A program made the position numbers and the translations under genes. A stretch of DNA of 39,117 bases from NCBI GenBank assembly GCA_003990765.1, contig RBNJ01000152.1, forward strand, positions 1 to 39,117. The letters are read 5' to 3'. The stretch comes from Jimgerdemannia flammicorona (Eukaryota). Below, one piece after another: positions 13,213-24,010 of this stretch (the stretch's first letter is position 1; each line of letters starts with the position of its first letter). Below the pieces are notes generated by a model. It had not been told where the DNA came from and ran no database searches. It saw nothing but the letters and a program-made list of their open reading frames with translations.

Positions 13213-13251
<39 letters not shown>

Positions 13252-13287
13252 TAAATAAAAATAAAATAAAATAAACCCCCCCCCCCC
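13205..13287. repeat. (TAA)n/(TAAAA)n microsatellite followed by poly(C)
   Basis: Directly visible simple repeats. Confidence 0.85.
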
Positions 13288-15134
13288 CTCGACCGGATGC
13301 ATCAGCACAACGATTGTCAAAATACCCACCACCACCGTTTACCTTAATACCAACCACGTTGGGTAACCCAAACCATCACGTAAACCATAGATACAAACTT
13401 GGCGATATTTCCATATTTACGCCTATGTTGGCGCATCCATTCAATCCTCAATTAATATAATACACCAACGATACTAATGCATATATGTAGGGCAATGCTT
13501 CCGAAATTCAGGCCCGCTTTTCTCTCAGGGCCACGCTTCGACTCCGTTACACGTCCCAGCCAATTGCTAGCTAGGTTTCTGGTTTAAAGCACTAAATTTT
13601 TAGAAAACAGACTTTGGTATATATAAATAGAATACTTGGTCTCGTCAATTTATGATGTAATATACATACGCAATAATAATGACCACGAACATTCGGATTT
13701 TTTCGTTTACAGGGATGAGCAATCTAAAATTAATGTGCGTAATTGCATCACGAAAGGTTCATTGCACGAAGAAGCAATTCTCTCCTGGATTCTCTCTAAC
13801 GCCATACATTATGAGTGTACGAAAGGGCGTATCAAATTTAGTAATTATATGCAGCCCCCTCCCCACGCCCCGGCAATCTCACCACCATTTGACGTCAAAC
13901 GGTCACCACGCTTCACATTTGGTCGCACGATCCAATCCTCGTTGAATGGCGTGGGACATTTAGGTCCAGATTATCATATGGTGTGCTACGCGCCTACGCG
14001 CACATTCTCACGGCGAGCTTGGACCCCTCCTCATCACTTCGTCACCGGCGGAGTTTGCAGATGTGAAAAAGGGATCGATCAACAACAGATACATCTCACC
14101 TGGTTCCGGGTCCGACCTTAAACAGCCGGTTCCCTCGCTAGAGGAAAACAATTCGACAGATTGCCTTTTCATTGGACCCGAACAATAGGGGTTTTCGATT
14201 GTGATGTGCAGTGACGATCAATATTGGGCGTTTCCATACGCCCGCCGAATTGACGGCGTTTGTTAAACCTTGAACCATTTCACTGGGTAGTTCGATTTCA
14301 GGGTGGCCTGCAGATTATCAAATGCGTGTTCGGGATGGCGTCATTTCTAGTCGTTGATCAAATCGATGACTTCCCCCGAAGTACGGCACATTCCCCCGAA
14401 GTACGCCCCCCCACCCCCGCGGCCCTCGGCCCCAGTCTCCGGTCCCCCTGCCCTCTCCTGGATCGCCTCGTGGAGAAAAGTTTCTTTGAGCATCACTGGT
14501 CGTGCATGCAATTCATTCTGGTCAAGCATAAACTTCGAAGGATCGGTATCCTTTTGCGATACTTGCCTTTGGGGGGGTAGCACCGAGCGACAATCGGTTT
14601 AGCCTTAAAGAAATTGTCAAAAAATGAACGTCACGCCCCTCCCAACGTGGAAGCCATCCGAAATTATGCAGTGTGCACATATTTAACACATACTTAATGC
14701 TAACAACATTCCCGATGGTTGAAATTCTCCAAGGTTGCCTTGAATAAATGCCATTTTGTCAATCTATGGAACCAGAGGTTCACACCGGAATCTCCGACCG
14801 TCATTTTTCAGTCAGGGTGCTACCAATGCCGCCTGCGATGCAGAGAGGATATGGTATTTTCATTTGGTCTGCAGTGCCGAGGAAGTCAGAAGTATACTTT
14901 TGGCTTTGAGCAGGAACTCTAAGCAGGAACCCAAATACACATTTGTTTCGTCACAGTTTTGTATCCGTCGAAAAGTGAATGAAAAGAAAACGAGAAACCG
15001 ATTTATTATCTACAAGAGATCGTGTTGTACATTATGAGCTTGGAGCGCAAGAAAATATCAACGAAATCAACGTAATCTATACATTAAAGCATCCCAGAAT
15101 TAAGGTATTCCAGATAAACAAGGGAAATATGAAA

Positions 15135-17101
15135 TTAAAGCAGTAGAGACAAGGCGATGGTGATCATCGAGACCGACAGAAGGGTCAAGCCTTGAGTGAG
15201 ACTAGTGGCAGCCGAGGTCGGAGTCGAAGTGGCGCCAGGGCCGGAGGCCTCAACTCCAGTTGGCATCGACGACGCTTTCTTGCTAGTGGAGCAGTTCTTG
15301 TTGCAGGTGTGATAACAATCATCATCAGGCCATGTAGGGGGCTTGGAGGCGTTCTTGTGGCCCCATCCGAGATCAAGCCCGCAGTCGGAGAACGGTTGGA
15401 AGTTCTTGGAGCCGTAGTAGTCGACCAAGCCGGCAAGCGCACCAGTGAAAGCAGCGTTGTAGTCCTATGGAATAGTGTGGAACAAAATAAAAAATTAGCC
15501 AATGTGTGGCAAAGATAGCATGACTGGAAATGTGGAAAGGTAAAGATGAAGCTTACCTGAGTCACTTCAGTATACACATAGTTAGTCCTATCGTCAAAGT
15601 ATGAATCGTCCATCGCTGGCCCACCTTCCAGAGCACCGTACAGGATGAAGCGATTCAGGGTGAAGCTGTTCAAGAAGTCGTCACCAACAAGGCTTTGGTT
15701 CTGTCCGCGCATGGGATAGTCGATGTAGGAGTTGTAGGACGACTTGTGGTAGGGACGCAGTGGTGAGTTCTCACCAAAGCCAACCACCCATGAACGGCCG
15801 CAGTCACCGAGTATGTAGTTTATTTGTTGGATTGCGAAGTTGACGAGTGTTTTGGCATACGAGTCCGTGTATCCAAGATCCTTAGCATGTCGGAGCATCA
15901 GGAAGACGGCATTTGCAGCGTAGGAAAGGGAGCCCCAGTTCTCGTAATATCCAAGCCCGCGCGGAGTCTGCCTGATCGTCTGATTTGACCCAATCCCAGG
16001 CAGCCATTGGGTGAAGTACGTTTTGGCATTCGTGGCGTACACCGGGTCCTTGGTGATGTGATATAGCAGAACGTGCAAACCAGCACCCTTGGAATCCCAG
16101 GAGTACTCACTCCACGAGTCCTGGGTCGACTGATTGTTGTAGTATGTGATCGAGTCGTTAAGGTATGCCTTCTCGTTGGTGGCAATGTAAAGCCAGGCGG
16201 CGGCCCAGGCGATTTCGTCTTGGAATTGCGAGGATGGGTACCATTCCTTAGCAAGCGCGAATTTAGTGTTATTATTGTAAGTGCCGGGATAAGTCTTGGC
16301 GAAGTTGTACAGGACGCGAGAGTGGTTCAGCAGCGTAGCGGCGTACGCAGGATTGGTATCCTTGAAGAGGACGGAGGCGGCAGCCATGGCGGCAGCAGAT
16401 TCACCGGTGATTTCCGAGGAAGGCTCTTGAGGGGTCACATACAATGCTGTATGCATGATTCCGAGCGGAACCCACATTTCGTACTCCTCCGGAGGGCCAA
16501 AGTAGCCGAAATCAACATCGGTGGTGCCCACCGCAGACGTGCCGAGTTGTCCAACGAAGATGTAGTCTTGTGGATGCGCGTTGATGAGGTAGTCGGTACC
16601 CCACTTTACGGCCTCCAAACCTTCGTTCCACTCGTTGATGGCTACGTAAGCGTCAGGGAATGCCCACAAGTTGAACGCAAGCTGGGTGATGATGAATCCC
16701 AATGGCAAGCCCCATTTCATGGTGTTCGCGGCCTCATAGTATCCGCCACTAAGATCCTCACCGTAGCTACCAGTGCACTTGAAGCAAGAATCGCCACGCC
16801 ATGCCAGACGCTGGTATGGGAGCTTGCCGGAACGTTGCGAGTGGTAGAACAGATAACTCTTGTGGATGACCTCGGCGTAATCGTACTTGGCGGTGGTAGG
16901 GGCGACGTAGTTGCCAGTGTAAAGTGGGCCGTTGGGGGTGATCTTCGGGTCAATGGTGGCATTCACCTGCCAGGGACCATAGTACGGGCCAGTAGCATTA
17001 ACAGGTGCGGAGTCGTCCGACTTCTTGGTCGTCTGCGCCGACACCATGGTTGCGCACGTCGCAAGGAGCGCTACTGAGCCAAAGCGCTTGACGAATCCCA
17101 T
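15135..17101 (-). CDS. Glycoside hydrolase family 9 protein, secreted and probably GPI-anchored, ~624 aa; exons 17101-15557 and 15464-15135
   Basis: Signal peptide MGFVKRFGSVALLATCATMVSA. GH9 motifs LFYHSQRSGKLP, AWRGDS, DLSGGYY, VKWGTDYL, DEIAWAAAWLY, YSWDSK, QINYILG, ILYGALEGGP and D.R.NYVYTEVTQ|DYNAAF. A 92-nt intron GTAAGC...GCTAAT...TAG. S/T-rich linker and hydrophobic C-terminus LTLLSVSMITIALSLLL. Confidence 0.93.
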
Positions 17102-17554
17102 TATTTTGGTATTAGTGGAATAACTTGCTTGATGAGAAGGGGGGGGGGGGTGCAATACGAGGTACAAGCAAAGATATAGGAGACGAGTGTTCATCTCACC
17201 CATTTTATACTTCAAAGATGGAAACGCATTTTGGACTATGCCGGTAATAGGATTCTGTGCACAAATTAAATTTTTTTTTTGAAGGTTTCGATCATCACTC
17301 GGCGCAACACGATCAGACTTTACACAATACCCCTCCCTGCCTATATTCCGCGGTCACGATGTGGCGTTCCCATTCCAACATCCACCTTGGCAACAGAGCG
17401 GACAAACAGATCCCTAAATAGTCGAGGTGATACACGTAAACGCCCATACATGGCCGTACGCTTCATGTATGCAGTCGACATGCCACCTCGTCCCATCCAA
17501 AGTCCCTAAGTCTGTAATTGACACTTTGACAGAGAACGTGTGCCTGCGCCTCTA

Positions 17555-18023
17555 CTATGGGGTTCCAAAACTGGGGTCCCTTGCCTCCTTTAGACGAAAT
17601 TCATCAATAGTAGAATACTTTTGAATAAAAGTAAAGTTTTTAAATAAATACTGGTACAACATTTTGTGATCTGTGATACATTATACTAAGATGCGTCTTG
17701 TCTCATAGTTGCAACGCGAAATCACCACGTCCTGCTCGCGATCTCGCGACACACGTCTCTCCGACACGAAATCACCACGATCTCGTGGAGCTGAAGGCGA
17801 CTGGTGCAATATTGAGAATAGGTGGCAGAAAATGTGATCATTGGTTCTGTATATCTTATAGCTTACTTCCTTAGTGTAGTCTTGTTCTGTATCTACATAT
17901 CCTATTTGTCGTCACATTCGACGTTCGAATAGTAGGTTAATAAGAATGGTATTTGTTGGTGTCACTACATCAAATTTGGATCGTTAAAGGAAGCAAGAGG
18001 ACCTCAGTTTTGGAACCCCATAG
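17555..18023. mobile_element. MITE (469 bp) with ~43-bp terminal inverted repeats and TA target duplication (Tc1/mariner-type)
   Basis: Left TA|CTATGGGGTTCCAAAACTGGGGTCCCTTGCCTCCTTTA; right TAAAGGAAGCAAGAGGACCTCAGTTTTGGAACCCCATAG|TA. No internal ORF. Confidence 0.88.
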
Positions 18024-18376
18024 TACGGACACCTTACGTGTACGATTCGATTTTCTTCAGAGGTAAATAATTACGTACCCCACGACGCCAAGCCCCGAAA
18101 GTGTGCGCCTGGGCGTAAGGACGAATATTGTCACGGTTCTCCAAGCCTGGGGTGCGTAGATCGCTAATCACTTGTTTGGTTGTTAGGGAGCTTTTGAGTA
18201 ATTTGATCTCCATATTACTAGATTTGCATATCCGGACCAGGGGAATCCATGTGATTGGTAGTAAACACAACAATGATCTACAATGCAATGATCCTGATCG
18301 TCACTTCTGTCAATCGCCACACCCGAACAGAAACACATGCATAGACCATTCCGCTTCACCGTTTAGTCTGCAATAG

Positions 18377-18575
18377 CCTGCATTTTGGCCGACATTCCTT
18401 CGGCCATTTATGTGTGTAGGGTGCTCCAACATCCACGGTAACTAGTCGCTGGCTTGCTAGTTGTCGGTCGCGTGGATGACGCACTAGCCTCATACGGTTT
18501 CCTCACGCAAGCGATCTACAATGACCGTCGGGATTTAAAAAGTTGGTTGCAGCCTCTTCCGTGCTCGGAAAGAAC
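18377..18575 (+). ncRNA. Candidate structured RNA (four consecutive hairpins), family unrecognised
   Basis: Stems CCTGCA/TGTAGG enclosing TGGCCGA/TCGGCCA; GTGC/GCAC enclosing CATCCACG/CGTGGATG and GGTAACTAG/CTAGTTGTC; ACGGTT/GACCGT; TTCCG/CGGAA. G-U wobbles favour the + strand. Confidence 0.35.
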
Positions 18576-18987
18576 GTTTTATTCTTAAACTCACAAACAC
18601 TACGAAAGGGACAAAAGAGCCGTTGATTCTGTCAAACCGCGCGTCGATTGTAGTTATGTTACCTGATGCGCTTGGAATGACTTAGAAGGCGCGATGGCCA
18701 CAAATTCGCTCCCGCACACTCCGCCGAGATTCTCCATTTGGAAACATCGTTTGATGCGAAAAAGACAGTACCGTGATGCCCCTCGTGTTCGGCCTAACAG
18801 GCTTTGTCAGCTTTTATTTATACCACAATTTTTTTTTTGCTTGGCATGGCGCTTGAAAATAACTCTCCAAAATCGAATGTCTATAAATGAAACCCGGGTT
18901 CCGGCATTCATAATCATTCAGCAGACCTTCAACGTCAGCTTGCGGTGTATCCAAAAATTCACAGTCCTTGGCTAAGAAAATACAACC

Positions 18988-19104
18988 ACTGCATTGGTAT
19001 ATACTATAGGTCAGCAGATGGATTTCATTACACCAATACTAGGTAATTCCAAGCAACTCTTAGCAATCACTAGTACGACTAGCATTGCCATGCTCTAGAG
19101 CATG
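18988..19104 (-). ncRNA. Putative omegaRNA/right-end scaffold remnant of a Fanzor element
   Basis: Lies immediately 3' of the Fanzor stop: palindrome CATGCTCTAGAGCATG (19089-19104), hairpin GCAAUGCUAGU-CGU-ACUAGUGAUUGC (19088-19063), and 11-bp stem GUAUUGGUGUA/UAUACCAAUGC (19039-19029 with 19001-18991) that pairs fully only on the minus strand. Confidence 0.5.
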
Positions 19105-19205
19105 ACAACGGCTCCATCAAGCAATGCCCGTAGGAGAATCCCACGAGCTCTATTGTAATCACAGTCAATGCAAGTCCCACATCCTTGACATCGATAGATC
19201 TTGTT
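19095..19205 (-). pseudogene. C-terminal fragment of a Fanzor/TnpB nuclease (second CxxC of the zinc ribbon and RuvC-III), in frame within a chimeric 104-aa ORF (ATG 19409)
   Basis: NKIYRCQGCGTCIDCDYNRARGILLRAL matches the TnpB/Fanzor pattern K.f.C..CG...DRD.NgArNI. The DRD>DCD and NGA>NRA deviations are explainable by CpG transitions (CGT>TGT; AAC GGA>AAT AGA). Confidence 0.8.
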
Positions 19206-19464
19206 GAGATAGTGGACGTCAGGATTGAGGGAGCAGACGTTGAGGCATTCTGCTTGGGTTCGCAGGAGACAATAACGTCCTTCTCGTAGGCCCAGATGAA
19301 TGTCCATTGTTTCTGTATATTCAGGTTTTTGTGGCACAGGCCGCTCTATCGCTTGGGGCGGCTGCTCGGGTGGAGGCTTGGATGGAAGTGGGGTTGACAT
19401 GATTGACATATATAGAGATGGATGGACGCCTTTGTGCCAGCGACGAAGTATGCTTGATGGGCAG

Positions 19465-19661
19465 AAAGAAGAGAAGATGAAATGGACAGTGCGAGGCAAG
19501 ATGAAAAGGAGCGATACCTTAAAAAATGATAAGGAGAAACGCAAGGCAAGAAAAAAAAAAAAAAAAAAAGGAGCAACACAAGGCGGGACAGAGGATAAAG
19601 AGCAATGCGAGTACATCCGTCAATCCATCAATAGCCAAGAGGGACCATTAGCCATCATTAT
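19465..19661 (-). repeat. Dispersed ~200 bp leader module, copy 2 (upstream of the chimeric Fanzor-tail ORF)
   Basis: Homologous to 7975-8173 in the same orientation and at a similar distance (~55-75 bp) from a downstream ATG. Confidence 0.85.
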
Positions 19662-20146
19662 TGAACAGCACGGCGCAAACCTTTGACGGCACACTAGGGA
19701 TGAATAAACGAAGAAAGGTTCGCGGCGCTGTTCAGTGTCGTTGTCGCCATCTCGGATTACGAGTATGCTAAATGATAGCGACACACATGACGCAGGATGT
19801 TTTTAATGTAAAATCTATATCCACCAGTTTTCCAGGGAATTCCTTTTTTCACCGTTGGTTAGGTGCATTTCATACACATTGAAATAGACCGCGAGGTTCC
19901 GGGGGACAGGTGAGGCCGTCTCGTGTTTGTGGCGGGTATCTTTTTTTTTTCGCGTGCTCTTTGTTCCCGGGTGGTATCAACTAGATTTGCCTGTCTCACT
20001 TAAAGACTGTTTGCTTTGTTTATTGTCGAAGATGAGAAGAAAGGGGGACATCAATGTGGTCGATCGTCGTGCAATGCATTGCAACCCAATCTCATTATAA
20101 TATATCACGACGAGCGCGCCAGGCGCTGCTAAAAGGTCCCAAAGTA

Positions 20147-21130
20147 TTACAATTTTATTAACACACCCCTGACCGGCAATCTTTTCTTAGGGGGAGCACC
20201 CTTGCCGGCCAAACCCCGGTCACGACCAGTCAACTTCCTATCGGTCACGCAATTCTCCATCGACATGGACCGCATGACTCGCCGGAGCTCATGCACCTCC
20301 TGTTCGCTTTCCATACATTGTGCACAACACCCATTATTTATCACGCTGACCTCATGGCATTTCCAGCAGAACGTCCGGTACTTGTGGCATTTGCGGCAGG
20401 GTGCCATGATCATGGCAAGCGATGGATTGTCGGAGCAGAGGTGGCATATTGCGGCCTTACAGGTATAGCACTCATACCATGGGTGGCAGGTCGCGCAGAT
20501 GTAGACCTGCTTGAGTCCGCAGTAGCCGCAGATGATGGGATCGTACATGGCGACGCGGTTGTCGCAGGAGTTGCAGATGTAGCGATCGAATTGCATGGGA
20601 AGAGAATCTACGACGTCAGCCGGATTTCTGAAAGTTTGGTAGGAGTCGAGGAATTTACGCACTTGAACGACGGTCTCCTTCGAGCTGGGCAGGTGGCCGG
20701 TCTTAAGGCGACGCAAGGAGGGGGCAGGGTACGCTTCGAGGAGCATCATGATATCGCGCATCGAAATCAACATGCAATCGTCGAGGTTGAGTTCGAAGAG
20801 GTTGGGGCAGTTCGCGAGGATGCAGGCCAATCCTCGGGGGGTGAAAAACGTCGATCCCAGATTGATGCGTTGGATGGAGTAAATCGATGTTCGGGAGAGC
20901 TTCTCGGTCAGGAGCCGAACCACTTCGCGATTGACGTCAAGGCTGCGGTTCTTGAAGCCGCCGAGGTCGATGGTATGCCATGTAAGAGGGTTATCGAAAA
21001 CGGTGCGGTTAAACAAGTCGCAGGTCGACGCCAGGGCATAGCGAGCTGGAAGTGGCAGGTAGGGAATTATGTGACCGCAAAGTATTTCAGTGGGGACAAG
21101 AAGGAGTGGGGCCCTTTCCTCGAATGTCAT
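20147..21130 (-). CDS. F-box protein with LRR-like middle and Cys-rich (multi-CxxC) C-terminal region, ~327 aa; start codon uncertain
   Basis: F-box LLLVPTEILCGHIIPYLPLPARYALASTCDLF...W.TIDL. LRR-like INLGSTFFTPRGLACILANCPNLFELNLDDC. About eight CxxC pairs. The frame is open up to 21388. Confidence 0.82.
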   Translation of the reverse strand: MTFEERAPLLLVPTEILCGHIIPYLPLPARYALASTCDLFNRTVFDNPLTWHTIDLGGFKNRSLDVNREVVRLLTEKLSRTSIYSIQRINLGSTFFTPRGLACILANCPNLFELNLDDCMLISMRDIMMLLEAYPAPSLRRLKTGHLPSSKETVVQVRKFLDSYQTFRNPADVVDSLPMQFDRYICNSCDNRVAMYDPIICGYCGLKQVYICATCHPWYECYTCKAAICHLCSDNPSLAMIMAPCRKCHKYRTFCWKCHEVSVINNGCCAQCMESEQEVHELRRVMRSMSMENCVTDRKLTGRDRGLAGKGAPPKKRLPVRGVLIKL

Positions 21131-21832
21131 TTGGGGTACGGCGTTTGAGGGCCGATTTCGCTCAGGCCAGAAGTGGGCAAAGCACGAGCGTTTAAAAAAT
21201 TGGAGGATATCGAAATAGATGGTGGTAGCATTTATGACCAACATGATGTAAAGGGGGGGGGGGTGGAGTAAGGCTTTGGGCAAAGAGATGCAGCGGCCGC
21301 AGTTATGCGAGATGGATGTCGAGAAGTCATGGGCCCTTTGTTCGCCTTCTGTGCTGGATTCAGGCAATGCATAAAGGTCGGCGTCCAATAAAATTGTGAC
21401 GGTTATCTGTCCGGAACATTTCCATTGCTAACCGCATGAAAGTGGCTATCTTTGTGTTTGGCTGTTGGTCCGATGACCCCACAACAGTCGTATCCTTGAC
21501 CTCTCGCCTCTCCAATCGCCATCCTCAGAAGCCCCGAAGCCTTCATTAGACGGACGCACCTCTCTACCGCAGGCCATCGATAACTGATACGGCGCAGAAT
21601 TTAATTTCTGCGCATGAACCTTCCACAAGTAGGTTTTCGCTGCGCCCCGTAATCTAATTACATAACTGAAGAGTGCATGGTCCAAGAAAACGGTCGACTC
21701 TGTTGTGTTAAAAAGACAATCCAAGACAGGGAGATTCCGCAGGCGTGGGGGAAAAAATGGAATCGGAAGCTCCCAGGGCAGCGCGAAGAGTATTTTAGGC
21801 TTCATTGCATTATAGTGTGGCAGATAATTATG

Positions 21833-24010
21833 TAAACGTCGTTTATTTTTTTTGCAAGTTCGCGCCAATGAACAAGGACTCTCAAGTATATATACATGGG
21901 CATGGTTCGATATCTCATGCGATGCTTCCTATCATCCCCCTTTTATGCCAGACTATGTTTGATATTGACAGCATCAAAAAACATTGACCTAGCTTAAATT
22001 TGTTGAACAAAACAACCAGAGCACATAGTCCAAGAACCGTTATTCCCACGCCACTTGTGCATCCACTGGGTCAAGAAGCTGTCGGCCTGCATGCCACAAA
22101 AGGAGAAAAAATCACTAAGAGCGAAATCATTGCCAAATTAATCAAGGCTGGGTTCGTCTTATCGTCCGTCAACCTAAGCACAGGGAACTGATGTAAAATC
22201 CGCTCGATCCCACCCTTGATTATGTCGCAGCTGAAATAAATACGTCGAGAGCCGATACGGAACGCCTGCGTGTCCGACACGATGTTCAGGTACATGCCGA
22301 GCGCAAGTCGCAGGCTGCGGTAGTCGTTGTGAACCCACGCTGTTACCACTTCGTAGAGCATCAAGTCGTCCTCCGCGACGAATTCGCCGATGGCGTAGCC
22401 GCCTGTAGAAGGATTTTGGCAGCGGAAGTGAGAGAGCGTTTCCAATAAGCAAGCGTAATGGTTACAGTTAATCCTACCGTGATAATGCCGACCGTGGCTA
22501 ATTGAACCACGCTTTACGGAAATTGTTAACCGGAAAGACACTACTCCATTTCCAGTCGGGAAATCCTAAGAACTGTTCCACAGATTCGCATCCATCTCGG
22601 CCTCCGCGGTGACGCCATACCCTTCCCCCCTAAATTAAGGGTCAATTCGATTCAATTTGAATTGAATCGAGGTCCAATTCGATTTGAAGTCCAATTTGAA
22701 TTTAATTTTTCAAAATTCAAAAAACTCAACCAAAACATATCCAAATTTAATAAATTTTAGCTTGTTTAATGTGCCTTATGATGGAGAATCTAGTACAATA
22801 AAGAATATTAAATATGGACATATTTCCATTGAGTTATTACATTTTTAATTTGGGATAAATATTTCAAATCGAATCAGACCCCAATTTGATTTGATCAAAT
22901 CAAATCAGGCCTCAATTTGATTCACTAGTTGAGGGTTTGATGGTGGAATTATCATCTGAGGAATTGGGTTCAGCTGTGACCTGCATATCGACACCGCTTG
23001 CAATCTCAACAGCAGGCATGCCTTCGGGCAGAGCCTCATTATTAGGTTTAAACTCGATGGTGGTTTCATCAACGGGCTCGCATAGATAGGTGTACAATAA
23101 GTTCATCAGCTGTGAATATACTTCAACGTCTCCTAAAGATGATCCTATTTTCTCTAAAAACGAGTACAAATTCAGATCCTTCTCTAGCCAGCGCGACCAA
23201 TGTTCTTGGATGTCATCTCCGATTTCCATTCTCGCGTGTCTCGTAGCTTTAAAACACTCTACTAGGATTTTAAATCGAGCTAGAGAAATAGGGGTTGACA
23301 AACCCTGGAAAGCCAACGCATCGCCCTCTGCCCAATATACCCTGCTCGAGACGATTTTCTCGTACGCCTCCCTCGTCCGCCAATCCATCTCGTTCAACTT
23401 GTGCTTCGGAACAATACCAAGCGCCTGCGCCACAGTGGTGTAATACGCGGCCAACACAATCCAGCGTAGCCCCTCGTGCGGATCCCAGGCACAGATGGCG
23501 GGATACATGTGGCAGAGGCACACAAGGCACTTTGTGAACACAGAGTCCGAGAGCTTCTTATCCTCGGGGAGCGTGATCAGCTGGACAAGGAGGGCTATGG
23601 AGCGGGTGAGGTGGTCATGACGGCGGAGCATGGCGGGCTTGCAAGTGACCACCCGAATCGTTATCTTGTTGATAAGGCGGATGACGTCCGAATCGTCGAT
23701 TATGGTGTCGAGTCCCATCCTGCACAATTGCGGGAGGAAGAGTTATTTTTCGCGTTTTAGGGACGCGAGATCGGTATCGGAGATCAACATCACAAAATCC
23801 TGGTACCTTACGAGACTCACATGAATATTTCCAATGAGTTCAATTCGAAACATTTACGATCCTGCAGCTCATACGAATTGTGCGACGACTCGGACAGAGC
23901 GAGACCATCCCATGACGATATCCACTTTGGGCGGCGGGGACTGGTCCGTAGCTGGTGTAGCTTCGCCGTTTCGTTCCATAAAAATAGGACGGTAAAGTGT
24001 GTGAAAGCGG
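21833..24010 (-). pseudogene. Internally deleted tandem duplicate of the adjacent large gene
   Basis: 22920-24010 matches ~29420-30510, and 21833-22635 matches ~24060-25135. The ~4.3 kb middle is absent. There is an 11-nt frameshifting deletion in exon 1 (~23905) and further deletions in the 3' part. Confidence 0.9.
22635..22915. mobile_element. MITE-like insertion (~280 bp) with ~54-bp degenerate inverted repeats built of ATTCG/AATCG pentamers
   Basis: Left TTAAGGGTCAATTCGATTCAATTTGAATTGAATCGAGGTCCAATTCGATTTGAA aligns with the reverse complement of 22863-22915. Differences are mostly CpG transitions; the core is AT-rich; no clear TSD. Confidence 0.65.

Noticed and set aside
13636..15037. 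Short ORFs between ADE6 and GH9, including a short tandem duplication at ~14371-14406
   Set aside because: No recognisable motif or consistent splice pattern; a decayed gene cannot be excluded.
16073..17077. 334-aa plus-strand ORF
   Set aside because: Antisense shadow of the GH9 exon.
17102..17215. Upstream in-frame extensions of the GH9 ORF (and of ADE6 at 12823-12912)
   Set aside because: The downstream ATGs give a proper signal peptide and the conserved Ade6 N-terminus; the extensions look like 5' UTR.
18418..18490. TPP riboswitch (AGGGTGC start) or Helitron 3' end (hairpin plus CTAG)
   Set aside because: The CUGAGA motif is missing; CTAG is not followed by T and the hairpin geometry is atypical.
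20291..21148. 285-aa plus-strand ORF
   Set aside because: Antisense shadow of the F-box gene.
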